31,509 nt of DNA from a bacterium (GTDB lineage Bacteria; Bacillota_I; Bacilli_A; Acholeplasmatales; Acholeplasmataceae): positions 1 to 31,509 of the forward strand of contig JAAZUY010000001.1 of assembly GCA_018623895.1 (NCBI GenBank). The letters run 5' to 3'. The notes under the pieces were generated by a model, which was not told the DNA's origin, did no database searches, and saw only the letters and a program-made list of their open reading frames with translations. Below, one piece after another: positions 17,353 through 24,780 of the stretch. Both the position numbers and the translations under genes were made by a program. Every line of letters begins with the position of its first letter. Position 1 is the stretch's first letter.

Positions 17353-18624
17353 TTGATACAAATATTAAGTGGCACAATATCCTCAGGATCAGTTATATTA
17401 GTTGAAATTGCAATTATCATTGTCTTTGGGTTATTATTGGGACAATTAGCAGAATATTTAAATATTCCTGATGTAACAGGGTATCTTGTTGCTGGGTTAA
17501 TTTTAGGACCAGTAGCAAATCTGTTTGGTTTAGAAATTTTAAACGAATCAAACTTTAATAGCTATAATTTATTATCTAATATTGCCTTAGGATTTATTGC
17601 TTTTCAAGTTGGAAACGAACTCTGGATAGGAAAATTAAAAAAAACAGGGATTAAGATTATAATTATAACCCTTTTTCAAGCGATTCTAACTGTTATTTTT
17701 GTAGTTGCATTATTGTTGATTTTTAATCAACCCCTCCCTTTGGCGTTGACTTTGGGTGCAATTTCGGCGGCAACTGCTCCTGCTCCGATAATGATGATAG
17801 TTAAGAAATATAAAACTAAGGGTGAATTAACAAATTCAATTTTACCTGTTGTAGGATTGGGTGGAGCTGTTGCAGTTATGATTTTGACTATTTTTCTTCC
17901 CATCAGTGTTTCGTTACTAAATTCAGAAGGGTCCTTAGAAATTTCAAAGATTATTTCAAGTCCTCTTAATGAAATAGGAGACAGTATTTTAATTGGTGTT
18001 ATTTTAGGTATTATAACTGGTTTTTCTCTTCAAATAATAAGTAAAGACTTTGAAAGAGAACAAAAAAATCTTGATTTGGTAATTGTAACAATTTTTCTCT
18101 CAACAGGTCTTTCAATATATTTTAATGCTTCACCGATTCTAACTGCGATGGTTGCAGGCACTGTAACTACCAATATGATTAATAAGAAAGTATATAGACT
18201 AGAAGAAAATACAATAAATAAATTTATACCTCCTCTTATGATACTTTTTTTCACAGTTGCAGGCGCAGAAATAAGTTTTGATGTGATCTATGATGCTGGA
18301 ATCATAGCTTTAATATATATAATTGGAAGATTTTTAGGAAAATTCAGTGGTTCATTTTTCGGTTGCAAAATAACCAAATCGTCAAAAGTTGTTGAAAAAT
18401 ATTTGTGGATTAGCCTTCTTCCTCAATCTGGAGTAGCTATAGGACTAGCCTCTGCTGCCTATATATCCTTGGTAAATGTTGCACCAGATACTGCTCTTAT
18501 AATAAAAAATGTCACTCTTGGATCAGTTCTACTGTTTGAGTTGTTTGGTCCATATTTAGTTAGAAAAAATTTAATACAGACCGGTGAAGTCAGGGCAAGA
18601 AGGTTATTAAAGAAAAAAGATTGA
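17353..18624 (+). CDS. Cation:proton antiporter (CPA2/NapA-like Na+/H+ exchanger family), atypical ion site
   Basis: TTG start with AGGAG RBS. About 12 TMs, PDVTGYLVAGLILGP, AATAPA, GRFLGK and LLPQSGVAIGLA. The TM5 position reads GLGGA rather than DD. Confidence 0.85.
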   Translation: MIQILSGTISSGSVILVEIAIIIVFGLLLGQLAEYLNIPDVTGYLVAGLILGPVANLFGLEILNESNFNSYNLLSNIALGFIAFQVGNELWIGKLKKTGIKIIIITLFQAILTVIFVVALLLIFNQPLPLALTLGAISAATAPAPIMMIVKKYKTKGELTNSILPVVGLGGAVAVMILTIFLPISVSLLNSEGSLEISKIISSPLNEIGDSILIGVILGIITGFSLQIISKDFEREQKNLDLVIVTIFLSTGLSIYFNASPILTAMVAGTVTTNMINKKVYRLEENTINKFIPPLMILFFTVAGAEISFDVIYDAGIIALIYIIGRFLGKFSGSFFGCKITKSSKVVEKYLWISLLPQSGVAIGLASAAYISLVNVAPDTALIIKNVTLGSVLLFELFGPYLVRKNLIQTGEVRARRLLKKKD

Positions 18625-18651
18625 TATTAATCAATCATTTTTTTTTTTTTT
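18613..18651. terminator. Bidirectional terminator between the antiporter and tRNA-Gly
   Basis: GATTGAT-ATTA-ATCAATC hairpin flanked by an A-run on the left and T14 on the right. Confidence 0.7.
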
Positions 18652-18725
18652 GGAGCGGGCGAGGAGAATCGAACCCCCATTTCATGCTTGGCAAGCACGT
18701 GTAATAACCATTATACGACGCCCAC
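18651..18725 (-). tRNA. tRNA-Gly(GCC)
   Basis: Reverse complement: GTGGGCG...CGTGC-TTGCCAA-GCATG...GGGGG-TTCGATT-CTCCT-CGCCCGC-T-CCA. U73, 75 nt, several G-U pairs. Confidence 0.93.
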
Positions 18726-18738
18726 AGAAGATGAAACA

Positions 18739-18767
18739 ATATTAACAAATAATGAATCCTATGTCAA
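18739..18767 (-). promoter_or_regulatory. sigmaA promoter for tRNA-Gly
   Basis: Minus strand TTGACA-N17-TAATAT with an extended TG. Confidence 0.65.
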
Positions 18768-18792
18768 GAAATGATATACATATCTTAATTTA

Positions 18793-18866
18793 TGGTGCCT
18801 CTAACGAGAATCGAACTTGTATTTCAGCATTACCATTGCTGTGTTTTACCATTAAACTATAGAGGC
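18793..18866 (-). tRNA. tRNA-Thr(GGT)
   Basis: Reverse complement: acceptor GCCTCTA/TAGAGGC, anticodon arm CAGCA-ATGGTAA-TGCTG, TTCGATT T-loop and encoded CCA. Length 74 nt. Confidence 0.93.
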
Positions 18867-18874
18867 TTAAAATT

Positions 18875-18903
18875 ATAATAACATATTCTCAAATTACCTT
18901 CAA
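18875..18903 (-). promoter_or_regulatory. sigmaA promoter for tRNA-Thr
   Basis: Minus strand TTGAAG-N17-TATTAT with an extended TG. Confidence 0.6.
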
Positions 18904-19026
18904 AGAATATTAGACATCATTTATATTAATTCTATATCTGCATGATTAAATCATTTTTAATTACTGTATATATAATGTATAATGAAAAAGGTGTAATTAA
19001 GCACTAGATTATGTAAGGAGAATCAA

Positions 19027-19224
19027 ATGAAAGGCGTAGTTAAATGGTTTGACTCTGACAAAGGATATGGTTTTATATCTTCAGAGGAAGGTAAAGATGT
19101 TTTTGTACACTTTTCAGCTATTCAAGCTGAGGGATACAAATCTCTTCAAGAAGGAGACCAAGTAGAATTTGACGTTAATGATGGTGATCGCGGCCCACAA
19201 GCAGCGAATGTTGTTAAACAATAA
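19027..19224 (+). CDS. Cold-shock domain protein (CspA family), 65 aa
   Basis: KWF, RNP1 KGYGFI, RNP2 DVFVHFSAI and GPQAANV. AAGGAG RBS. Confidence 0.97.
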   Translation: MKGVVKWFDSDKGYGFISSEEGKDVFVHFSAIQAEGYKSLQEGDQVEFDVNDGDRGPQAANVVKQ

Positions 19225-19240
19225 TTTTTTACAGGGAAAA

Positions 19241-19278
19241 CGGGGGGCTGCAATTAAGCGCCCCTCTTCTTTTTTTTA
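19241..19278 (+). terminator. csp intrinsic terminator
   Basis: GC-rich stem GGGGGGC...GCGCCCCTC followed by a T-tract. Confidence 0.75.
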
Positions 19279-19280
19279 TA

Positions 19281-19309
19281 TTGTAATCGCTTTCATTTAT
19301 TGATATAAT
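19281..19309 (+). promoter_or_regulatory. fic sigmaA promoter with a cre-like operator (19281-19296) over the -35
   Basis: TTGTAA-N17-TATAAT with an extended TG. TTGTAATCGCTTTCAT fits the cre consensus TGWAANCGNTNWCA. Confidence 0.7.
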
Positions 19310-19332
19310 TGACATATAATAGGAGATCTTAA

Positions 19333-20064
19333 ATGAAGAAAGATATTTTAGAAATGCAAAAAGTTCATCTTGATAATATAATTAATGAAAGAAAAGATGG
19401 AATTGGTAAAGAAATTGAAGATAAATTTATATTGAATTATACATATGATGCTATTAGTTTAGAAGGCAATAATAGAATTCCATTTGAAGATGTGAAACGA
19501 CTTATAAATAAAAAGATATTTTTGGATTACACGGAGAGAGAGCAAAAAGAAGTTTTAAATCATGTTAACGCATTTTTAAAATTAAAAAGTTTTATAGATC
19601 AAGAGCTTGATTTATCAGAAGAAATGATCAAAGACTTACACGAAATAATAGTTGAAGGAATTTTTCAGGGTGGTTTCTATAGGAATGTAAATATACAATT
19701 AATGGGTTCAATGCATCAACCAACCGATCATGCTAAAGTTTATGATAGAATGCATAAATTATTTACAGAAATAAAAAGCAAAAATTTTAATTCAAAAATT
19801 GAAAAAGCAGTCTATGCTCATGCAGGAATATCTAAAATTCATCCTTTTTTAGACGCAAATGGAAGAGTCGCAAGAATGGTTTTGAATTTTTATCTTATGA
19901 AAGAGGGATATTTACCGATATCAATACCATTCAAAGATAAAATTAAATATATTGAATTGCTTGAAATTTTTAAAATTGAAAAGAATTTAGTTCCTTTAAC
20001 ACAATATTTTAAGGATTTATTAATAAATCGCTATGAAGAAACAATAAATTCATTAGAAGTTTAA
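19333..20064 (+). CDS. Fic-domain protein, class II (N-terminal inhibitory helix)
   Basis: Active-site loop HPFLDANGRVAR (19840-19875) and N-terminal YDAISLEGN. Confidence 0.9.
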   Translation: MKKDILEMQKVHLDNIINERKDGIGKEIEDKFILNYTYDAISLEGNNRIPFEDVKRLINKKIFLDYTEREQKEVLNHVNAFLKLKSFIDQELDLSEEMIKDLHEIIVEGIFQGGFYRNVNIQLMGSMHQPTDHAKVYDRMHKLFTEIKSKNFNSKIEKAVYAHAGISKIHPFLDANGRVARMVLNFYLMKEGYLPISIPFKDKIKYIELLEIFKIEKNLVPLTQYFKDLLINRYEETINSLEV

Positions 20065-20068
20065 AACT

Positions 20069-20095
20069 AAAGTGAGGAAATCTCACTTTTTTTTT
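20069..20095 (+). terminator. fic intrinsic terminator
   Basis: AAAGTGAG-GAAAT-CTCACTTT followed by a T-run. Confidence 0.8.
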
Positions 20096-20123
20096 AGTTA
20101 TGATAAAATATAAATGGTGAATA

Positions 20124-20954
20124 ATGCAAATAGAACCAGGTAGAACATACAATTTTATTGTTGATAGAGAAACAGAAATAAGCTACATTTTGAAATATAA
20201 AGATGAAGAGCTTTTTTTGCACAAAAAAGAAGCCTTTAATATAACAACAGGTATGCACATCAATGCGTTCGTTTATGTTGATTCATATAAAAGAAACGCA
20301 GCCACTATGATGAAACCATTTATTAGCCTTGGAAGTGATTCCTGGCTTGAAGTTAAATCAGTAGTTAGAGAACTAGGTGTTTTTCTTGATATGGGAATAA
20401 ATAAAGATTTAATTCTATCTAAAGAATACTTACCAGAGGATTTTTATCTTTGGCCTAAAATAAATGACTTTTTGTATGTTACTCTTAAATCAAATAAAAG
20501 ACTTTATGCTGACTTTAGTAGAAATTATAGCCTTGAAAATAAATCTTTTACTGGAAATGAAGTTAAAGGACGCGTAATAAAACATCTAAAAGAGGGTATT
20601 AGAATTTTAACAAAGGATTTAATTCCAATATTTGTTTATAAAGATCAATTCTCAAGCCTTCCAAGAATTGGTGAAGAAGTTGAAGTTAAAATAATTAACT
20701 CAACAGAAAAAGGTTTATATGGATCCCTTGAATTGTTCAAAGAGAAAAAAAGAATTTTGGATTCTGAAAAAATCTTGAATGAATTGAAAAAATACGGAAA
20801 AATTAATCTTGACTCAAATAGTACACCTGAATGTATTGAGGAAAAATTCTCTATGAGTAAAAAAGCTTTTAAAAGAGCATTAGGATATTTATATAAAAAA
20901 AGAATTATAAAATTTGAAGATGGGTTAACAATTTATAAGGAGAAAATTGAATGA
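20124..20954 (+). CDS. cvfB: CvfB/YitL-family S1 RNA-binding protein
   Basis: Repeated S1-like segments (VYVDS...AATMMKP, LGVFLDMGINKDLIL) and a C-terminal winged helix (FSMSKKAFKRALGYLYK). Confidence 0.88.
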   Translation: MQIEPGRTYNFIVDRETEISYILKYKDEELFLHKKEAFNITTGMHINAFVYVDSYKRNAATMMKPFISLGSDSWLEVKSVVRELGVFLDMGINKDLILSKEYLPEDFYLWPKINDFLYVTLKSNKRLYADFSRNYSLENKSFTGNEVKGRVIKHLKEGIRILTKDLIPIFVYKDQFSSLPRIGEEVEVKIINSTEKGLYGSLELFKEKKRILDSEKILNELKKYGKINLDSNSTPECIEEKFSMSKKAFKRALGYLYKKRIIKFEDGLTIYKEKIE

Positions 20955-22366
20955 AAAAATATGTTTCAGAAATAACTTCTAAAGATAAAGACTTTGCAAA
21001 ATGGTATACAGATCTTTGTGTTAAAGCAGAGCTGATGAGTTATGGAGATGTCAAAGGATTTATCATCTATAGACCTTATGGGTTTTCTTTATGGGAAAAT
21101 ATTAAAAATTATCTAAATAATGAACTTAAAAAAACTAACCACTCAAATGTTTATTTTCCTATGTTAATTCCAGAAAATTTATTTCAAAAAGAAAAAGATC
21201 ATGTTGATGGTTTTAATCCAGAAGCAGCTGTTGTATCTTCTGTTGGAGATAATAAATTAAATGAAAGATACATTATTAGACCGACTTCTGAGACACTTTT
21301 TTGTACATATTTTTCAAAAATTATTCAGTCTCATAGAGATTTGCCAAAAAAATATAACCAATGGTGCAGTGTTGTAAGGTGGGAAAAAACAACAAGACCT
21401 TTTTTAAGAGGTAAAGAATTTCTTTGGCAAGAAGGCCACACGGCTCATGAAAATTCGATTGAAGCAAAAAGAGAAGCATTAGATGTATTAGATATATATA
21501 AAAAAATGGGTGAGAATTTACTTGCAATACCTTTTTTAACTGGATTAAAGACCCAAAAAGAAAAATTTGCAGGAGCTCTTGAAACCTATTCTTTAGAAGC
21601 ATTAATGCCAGATGGACAGGCCCTTCAGTCTGGTACAACGCATTATTTTGGGCAAGAATTTTCAAAAGCATTTGATATTACTTATACAGATAAAAACAAT
21701 GATGTAAAGTTTGTCCATCAAACTTCATGGGGGGTTTCATCAAGACTTATAGGTGCTTTAATAATGGTACATGGTGATGACAATGGATTAGTTATGCCTC
21801 CAAATGTTGCACCTATTCAGATTAGAATTATTCAAATATCAAATAAACCCGAGGTCATACAAGAAGTTAATAATATTTATTCGGATTTAAAAAACGAATT
21901 CAGAGTTGATATTGATGAAAGTGATAAATCTCCAGGATGGAAATTTTCAGAGCAAGAGATGAAGGGTATACCTTTAAGGATTGAAATAGGACCAAAAGAT
22001 GTAGAAAATAAAACTGTTAATATAGTAAAAAGATATAATGGTGAAAAAATTAAAACGAAAATTAGTGAAATTAAAAGAGAAATCTCTAATATTTTAGAGG
22101 ACATACATCTTGGGATGCTTAAAAAGGCTAAAAAATTTGTTAAAGAAAATACAAAAAAATGTAATAATTATGATGAATTCAAGATGCATATAAAAAATGG
22201 GGGATATGTTGAAATGAGTATTCATCCAGATGCTGAAGAAATTATAAAAAAAGAAACAACAGCAACAGCTAGAATTATTCCATTTGATCAGCCAAAAAAT
22301 TTTGGAATTTGTCCAGTTACAAATAAAAAAGCCGAATTTAAGGTTCTTTTCGCTAGAGCATATTAG
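20951..22366 (+). CDS. proS: Prolyl-tRNA synthetase, short eukaryote/archaea-like type
   Basis: RPTSET, WCSVVRWE, FLRGKEFLWQEGHT, ALQSGTTH, SWGVSSR and C-terminal FARAY. No INS editing domain. Confidence 0.96.
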   Translation: MKKYVSEITSKDKDFAKWYTDLCVKAELMSYGDVKGFIIYRPYGFSLWENIKNYLNNELKKTNHSNVYFPMLIPENLFQKEKDHVDGFNPEAAVVSSVGDNKLNERYIIRPTSETLFCTYFSKIIQSHRDLPKKYNQWCSVVRWEKTTRPFLRGKEFLWQEGHTAHENSIEAKREALDVLDIYKKMGENLLAIPFLTGLKTQKEKFAGALETYSLEALMPDGQALQSGTTHYFGQEFSKAFDITYTDKNNDVKFVHQTSWGVSSRLIGALIMVHGDDNGLVMPPNVAPIQIRIIQISNKPEVIQEVNNIYSDLKNEFRVDIDESDKSPGWKFSEQEMKGIPLRIEIGPKDVENKTVNIVKRYNGEKIKTKISEIKREISNILEDIHLGMLKKAKKFVKENTKKCNNYDEFKMHIKNGGYVEMSIHPDAEEIIKKETTATARIIPFDQPKNFGICPVTNKKAEFKVLFARAY

Positions 22367-22368
22367 AT

Positions 22369-22590
22369 TTATTTTTTCTTTTTGGGTACTGGATCATATT
22401 TTGGTTTAAAAAGAGGATTACAAGTTAAGATTCTCTTTGTAGTTAAAAATGTTCCTAAAATGAAACCAAACCTCTCATAGGCTAAAATTGAATAATTAGA
22501 GCAACTTGGAATATGTCTACATTTGAAATTTTTTTTGTTTGAAATTTTATTTTGATAAAATAATATCATTTTTATTGCAATTTTTTTCAT
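22369..22590 (-). CDS. yidD: Membrane protein insertion efficiency factor YidD
   Basis: CRHIPSCSNY...RILTCNP...YDPVP. ATG 22590 has a GGTG RBS. The ORF track start is 22602. Confidence 0.9.
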   Translation of the reverse strand: MKKIAIKMILFYQNKISNKKNFKCRHIPSCSNYSILAYERFGFILGTFLTTKRILTCNPLFKPKYDPVPKKKK

Positions 22591-22640
22591 ATATAACACC
22601 ATAAATATTATAGCATTTATTATTAGAGTTAAAGAGTTTA

Positions 22641-22674
22641 TGCTATAATATTTTTATAATGAAAACGATTACAT
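22641..22674 (+). promoter_or_regulatory. Extended -10 promoter (22641-22649) and cre-like operator (22659-22674) of the EF-G paralog
   Basis: TG-C-TATAAT followed by ATGAAAACGATTACAT, which fits the cre consensus. Its reverse complement is 14/16 identical to the fic operator. Confidence 0.7.
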
Positions 22675-22686
22675 TGGAGGGTTATA

Positions 22687-24747
22687 ATGAAAGAATATAC
22701 AACTAAAAACATAAGAAATATAGCTATATTAGGACATCAATCATCTGGAAAAACAACACTTGCTGAATCAATTTTATATGTTTCAGGAGCTATTGATAAT
22801 CAAGGTGATGTAGAAGCAAAAAATACTGTTTCAGATTTTTTAAAAGAAGAACAGAATAAACAAAGTAGCTTATCTATGTCATTGCTTCCGTCAGAATTTC
22901 ACAATCATAAATTTAATTTTTTAGATATTCCTGGCTCTGAAGAGTTTGTAGGAGATCTTTATCAAGCTCTTTCAGTTGTAAAAGGAGCAATTATAGTCGT
23001 TGATGCAACTAAGGGAATTGAGGTTGGAACTGAAAGAGTATGGCAAGAAATAAGAAAGAGACATATTCCGGCATTAATTTTTGTAAATAAGATGGATAAA
23101 GAAAATGTAAAATTTGAAAATTTATTAGAAGAAATTCGTACAAAACTTGGAAAAAAAGCTGTTCCATTTTGTTGGCCAATAGGTAAAAATGAAAACTTCG
23201 AGGGCTTTGTAAATATAGTTGAAATGAAAGCTAAAATTTTTGATGGTAAAAAAAGTCAGGATGTTGAAATATGGGAAGAAAAAAAACCTAAGATTGAAGA
23301 ACTAAGAAATATGATGTTAGAAAGTGTGGCGGAGACGTCTGAAGAGTTATTAGAAAAATATTTTTCTGATGAAATATTAACTGAAAAAGAGATAAAAGAT
23401 GGTTTACATAAAGGAGTTGTTGAAGGAGAGTTAACGCCGGTTATAGTTGGCTGTGCTAAAAAATCAATAGGTACCGAAACACTTATCGACATGTTGTTTG
23501 ATTATTTACCTGCACCAAATGAACTTGGACCTGTCTCTTCTAAAAATAAAGAAGGAAAAATAATTAAAGTCACAACTAATGAAGAAAATAAATTTCATGC
23601 TTATGTTTTTAAAACTACTGTAGATCCATTTTTAGGAACAATTAACTATATTAAAATTAAATCTGGAACTTTATCATCTGGAGATGAATTCATTATTTCG
23701 AATAGTGGTGAAGTAAGGAAAGCAACAAATTTATATACACTGAGAGGAAAGCAACAAATTAACATAGGAAAATTTTATGCTGGAGATATTTGTACACTAT
23801 CAAAAATAGATGGTTTAAGTACTGGACTAACAATTAGTGATCCAAAAGAACCTTTGATTTTTGATGCTGTTAAAATTCCAAATCCAATATTATATATTGC
23901 AGTACACCCAAAAAATAAAAACGATGAAGATAAAATATCTGGGGCATTAAGTAGATTAAATCTTGAAGATCCAACATTTCAAATTCAAAGAAACAAGGAA
24001 ACTAAACAATTATTGCTTGGTGGACAAGGGATGACTCATCTAAATTATATTATAGAGAGAATGAAAACCATGTTCAAGGTAGATGTTGATGTTGAATCTC
24101 AAAAAATAGTTTATAGAGAGACAATAAAAAGTAAAGTTGAGGCTGAAGGGAAACATAAAAAACAATCTGGTGGTGCTGGACAGTTTGGACATGTATGGAT
24201 TAGATTTGAACCAAGCAAAGAAAAATTCGTTTTTTCTGAAGAAGTATTTGGAGGATCAGTACCTAGAAATTATTTTCCAGCAGTTGAAAAAGGTTTGATT
24301 GAGACCTTCGAAAATGGTCCTTTAGCAGGATTTCCAGTGATCAATGTTAAAGCAACACTCTATGACGGATCATATCATTCAGTTGATTCTAATGAACTGT
24401 CATTTAAATTGGCTGCAGGATTAGCTTTCAAAAATGCATTTAAGGATGCCAATCCTACAATATTAGAACCAATTGTAAAATTAGAGGTAAAAATTAAAGA
24501 AAAATATGTTGGAGATATTATGGGTGATATGAATAAAAGAAGAGGCAAAGTCATTGGAATGGACCCAAAAAACGATGGCACTCAAGTAATAGATTGTGAA
24601 GTTCCAGAATCTGAAATTGTTTCATATGCTATTGATTTAAAAGCGATGACTCAGGGTTCAGGACAATTCTCTAGAGAATTTATTAGATATGATGAAGTTC
24701 CTAATCATTTAATTAATAAGATTGTGGAGAAATACAAGGATCAATAA
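22687..24747 (+). CDS. Elongation factor G paralog (EF-G2-like) with a degenerate G domain, 686 aa
   Basis: EF-G architecture (NKMD, KKQSGGAGQFG, DGSYHSVDS, ILEP, domain V), but G1 is GHQSSGKTT, switch I is KQSSL and switch II is DIPGSEEF. Not located in an rpsL-rpsG-fusA-tuf operon. Confidence 0.92.
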   Translation: MKEYTTKNIRNIAILGHQSSGKTTLAESILYVSGAIDNQGDVEAKNTVSDFLKEEQNKQSSLSMSLLPSEFHNHKFNFLDIPGSEEFVGDLYQALSVVKGAIIVVDATKGIEVGTERVWQEIRKRHIPALIFVNKMDKENVKFENLLEEIRTKLGKKAVPFCWPIGKNENFEGFVNIVEMKAKIFDGKKSQDVEIWEEKKPKIEELRNMMLESVAETSEELLEKYFSDEILTEKEIKDGLHKGVVEGELTPVIVGCAKKSIGTETLIDMLFDYLPAPNELGPVSSKNKEGKIIKVTTNEENKFHAYVFKTTVDPFLGTINYIKIKSGTLSSGDEFIISNSGEVRKATNLYTLRGKQQINIGKFYAGDICTLSKIDGLSTGLTISDPKEPLIFDAVKIPNPILYIAVHPKNKNDEDKISGALSRLNLEDPTFQIQRNKETKQLLLGGQGMTHLNYIIERMKTMFKVDVDVESQKIVYRETIKSKVEAEGKHKKQSGGAGQFGHVWIRFEPSKEKFVFSEEVFGGSVPRNYFPAVEKGLIETFENGPLAGFPVINVKATLYDGSYHSVDSNELSFKLAAGLAFKNAFKDANPTILEPIVKLEVKIKEKYVGDIMGDMNKRRGKVIGMDPKNDGTQVIDCEVPESEIVSYAIDLKAMTQGSGQFSREFIRYDEVPNHLINKIVEKYKDQ

Positions 24748-24780
24748 AATAAAAGATGCTAATTAGCATCTTTTATTTTA
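24745..24780. terminator. Bidirectional terminator, perfect 36-bp palindrome
   Basis: TAAAATAAAAGATGCTAA|TTAGCATCTTTTATTTTA. It contains both convergent stop codons. Confidence 0.85.

Noticed and set aside
18942-18954. Palindrome ATGATT-A-AATCAT between tRNA-Thr and csp
   Set aside because: Single, short and AT-only, with no match to a regulator motif I can name. It could be chance.
17141-20095. tRNA-anchored genomic island (tRNAs next to the antiporter, csp and fic)
   Set aside because: No integrase, no duplicated tRNA 3' end (att site), and no obvious compositional shift.
22687-24747. Ribosomal protection protein (TetM/TetO) or the housekeeping fusA
   Set aside because: Domain IV loops and length are EF-G-like rather than Tet-like. 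The G motifs are degenerate and the str operon context is absent.
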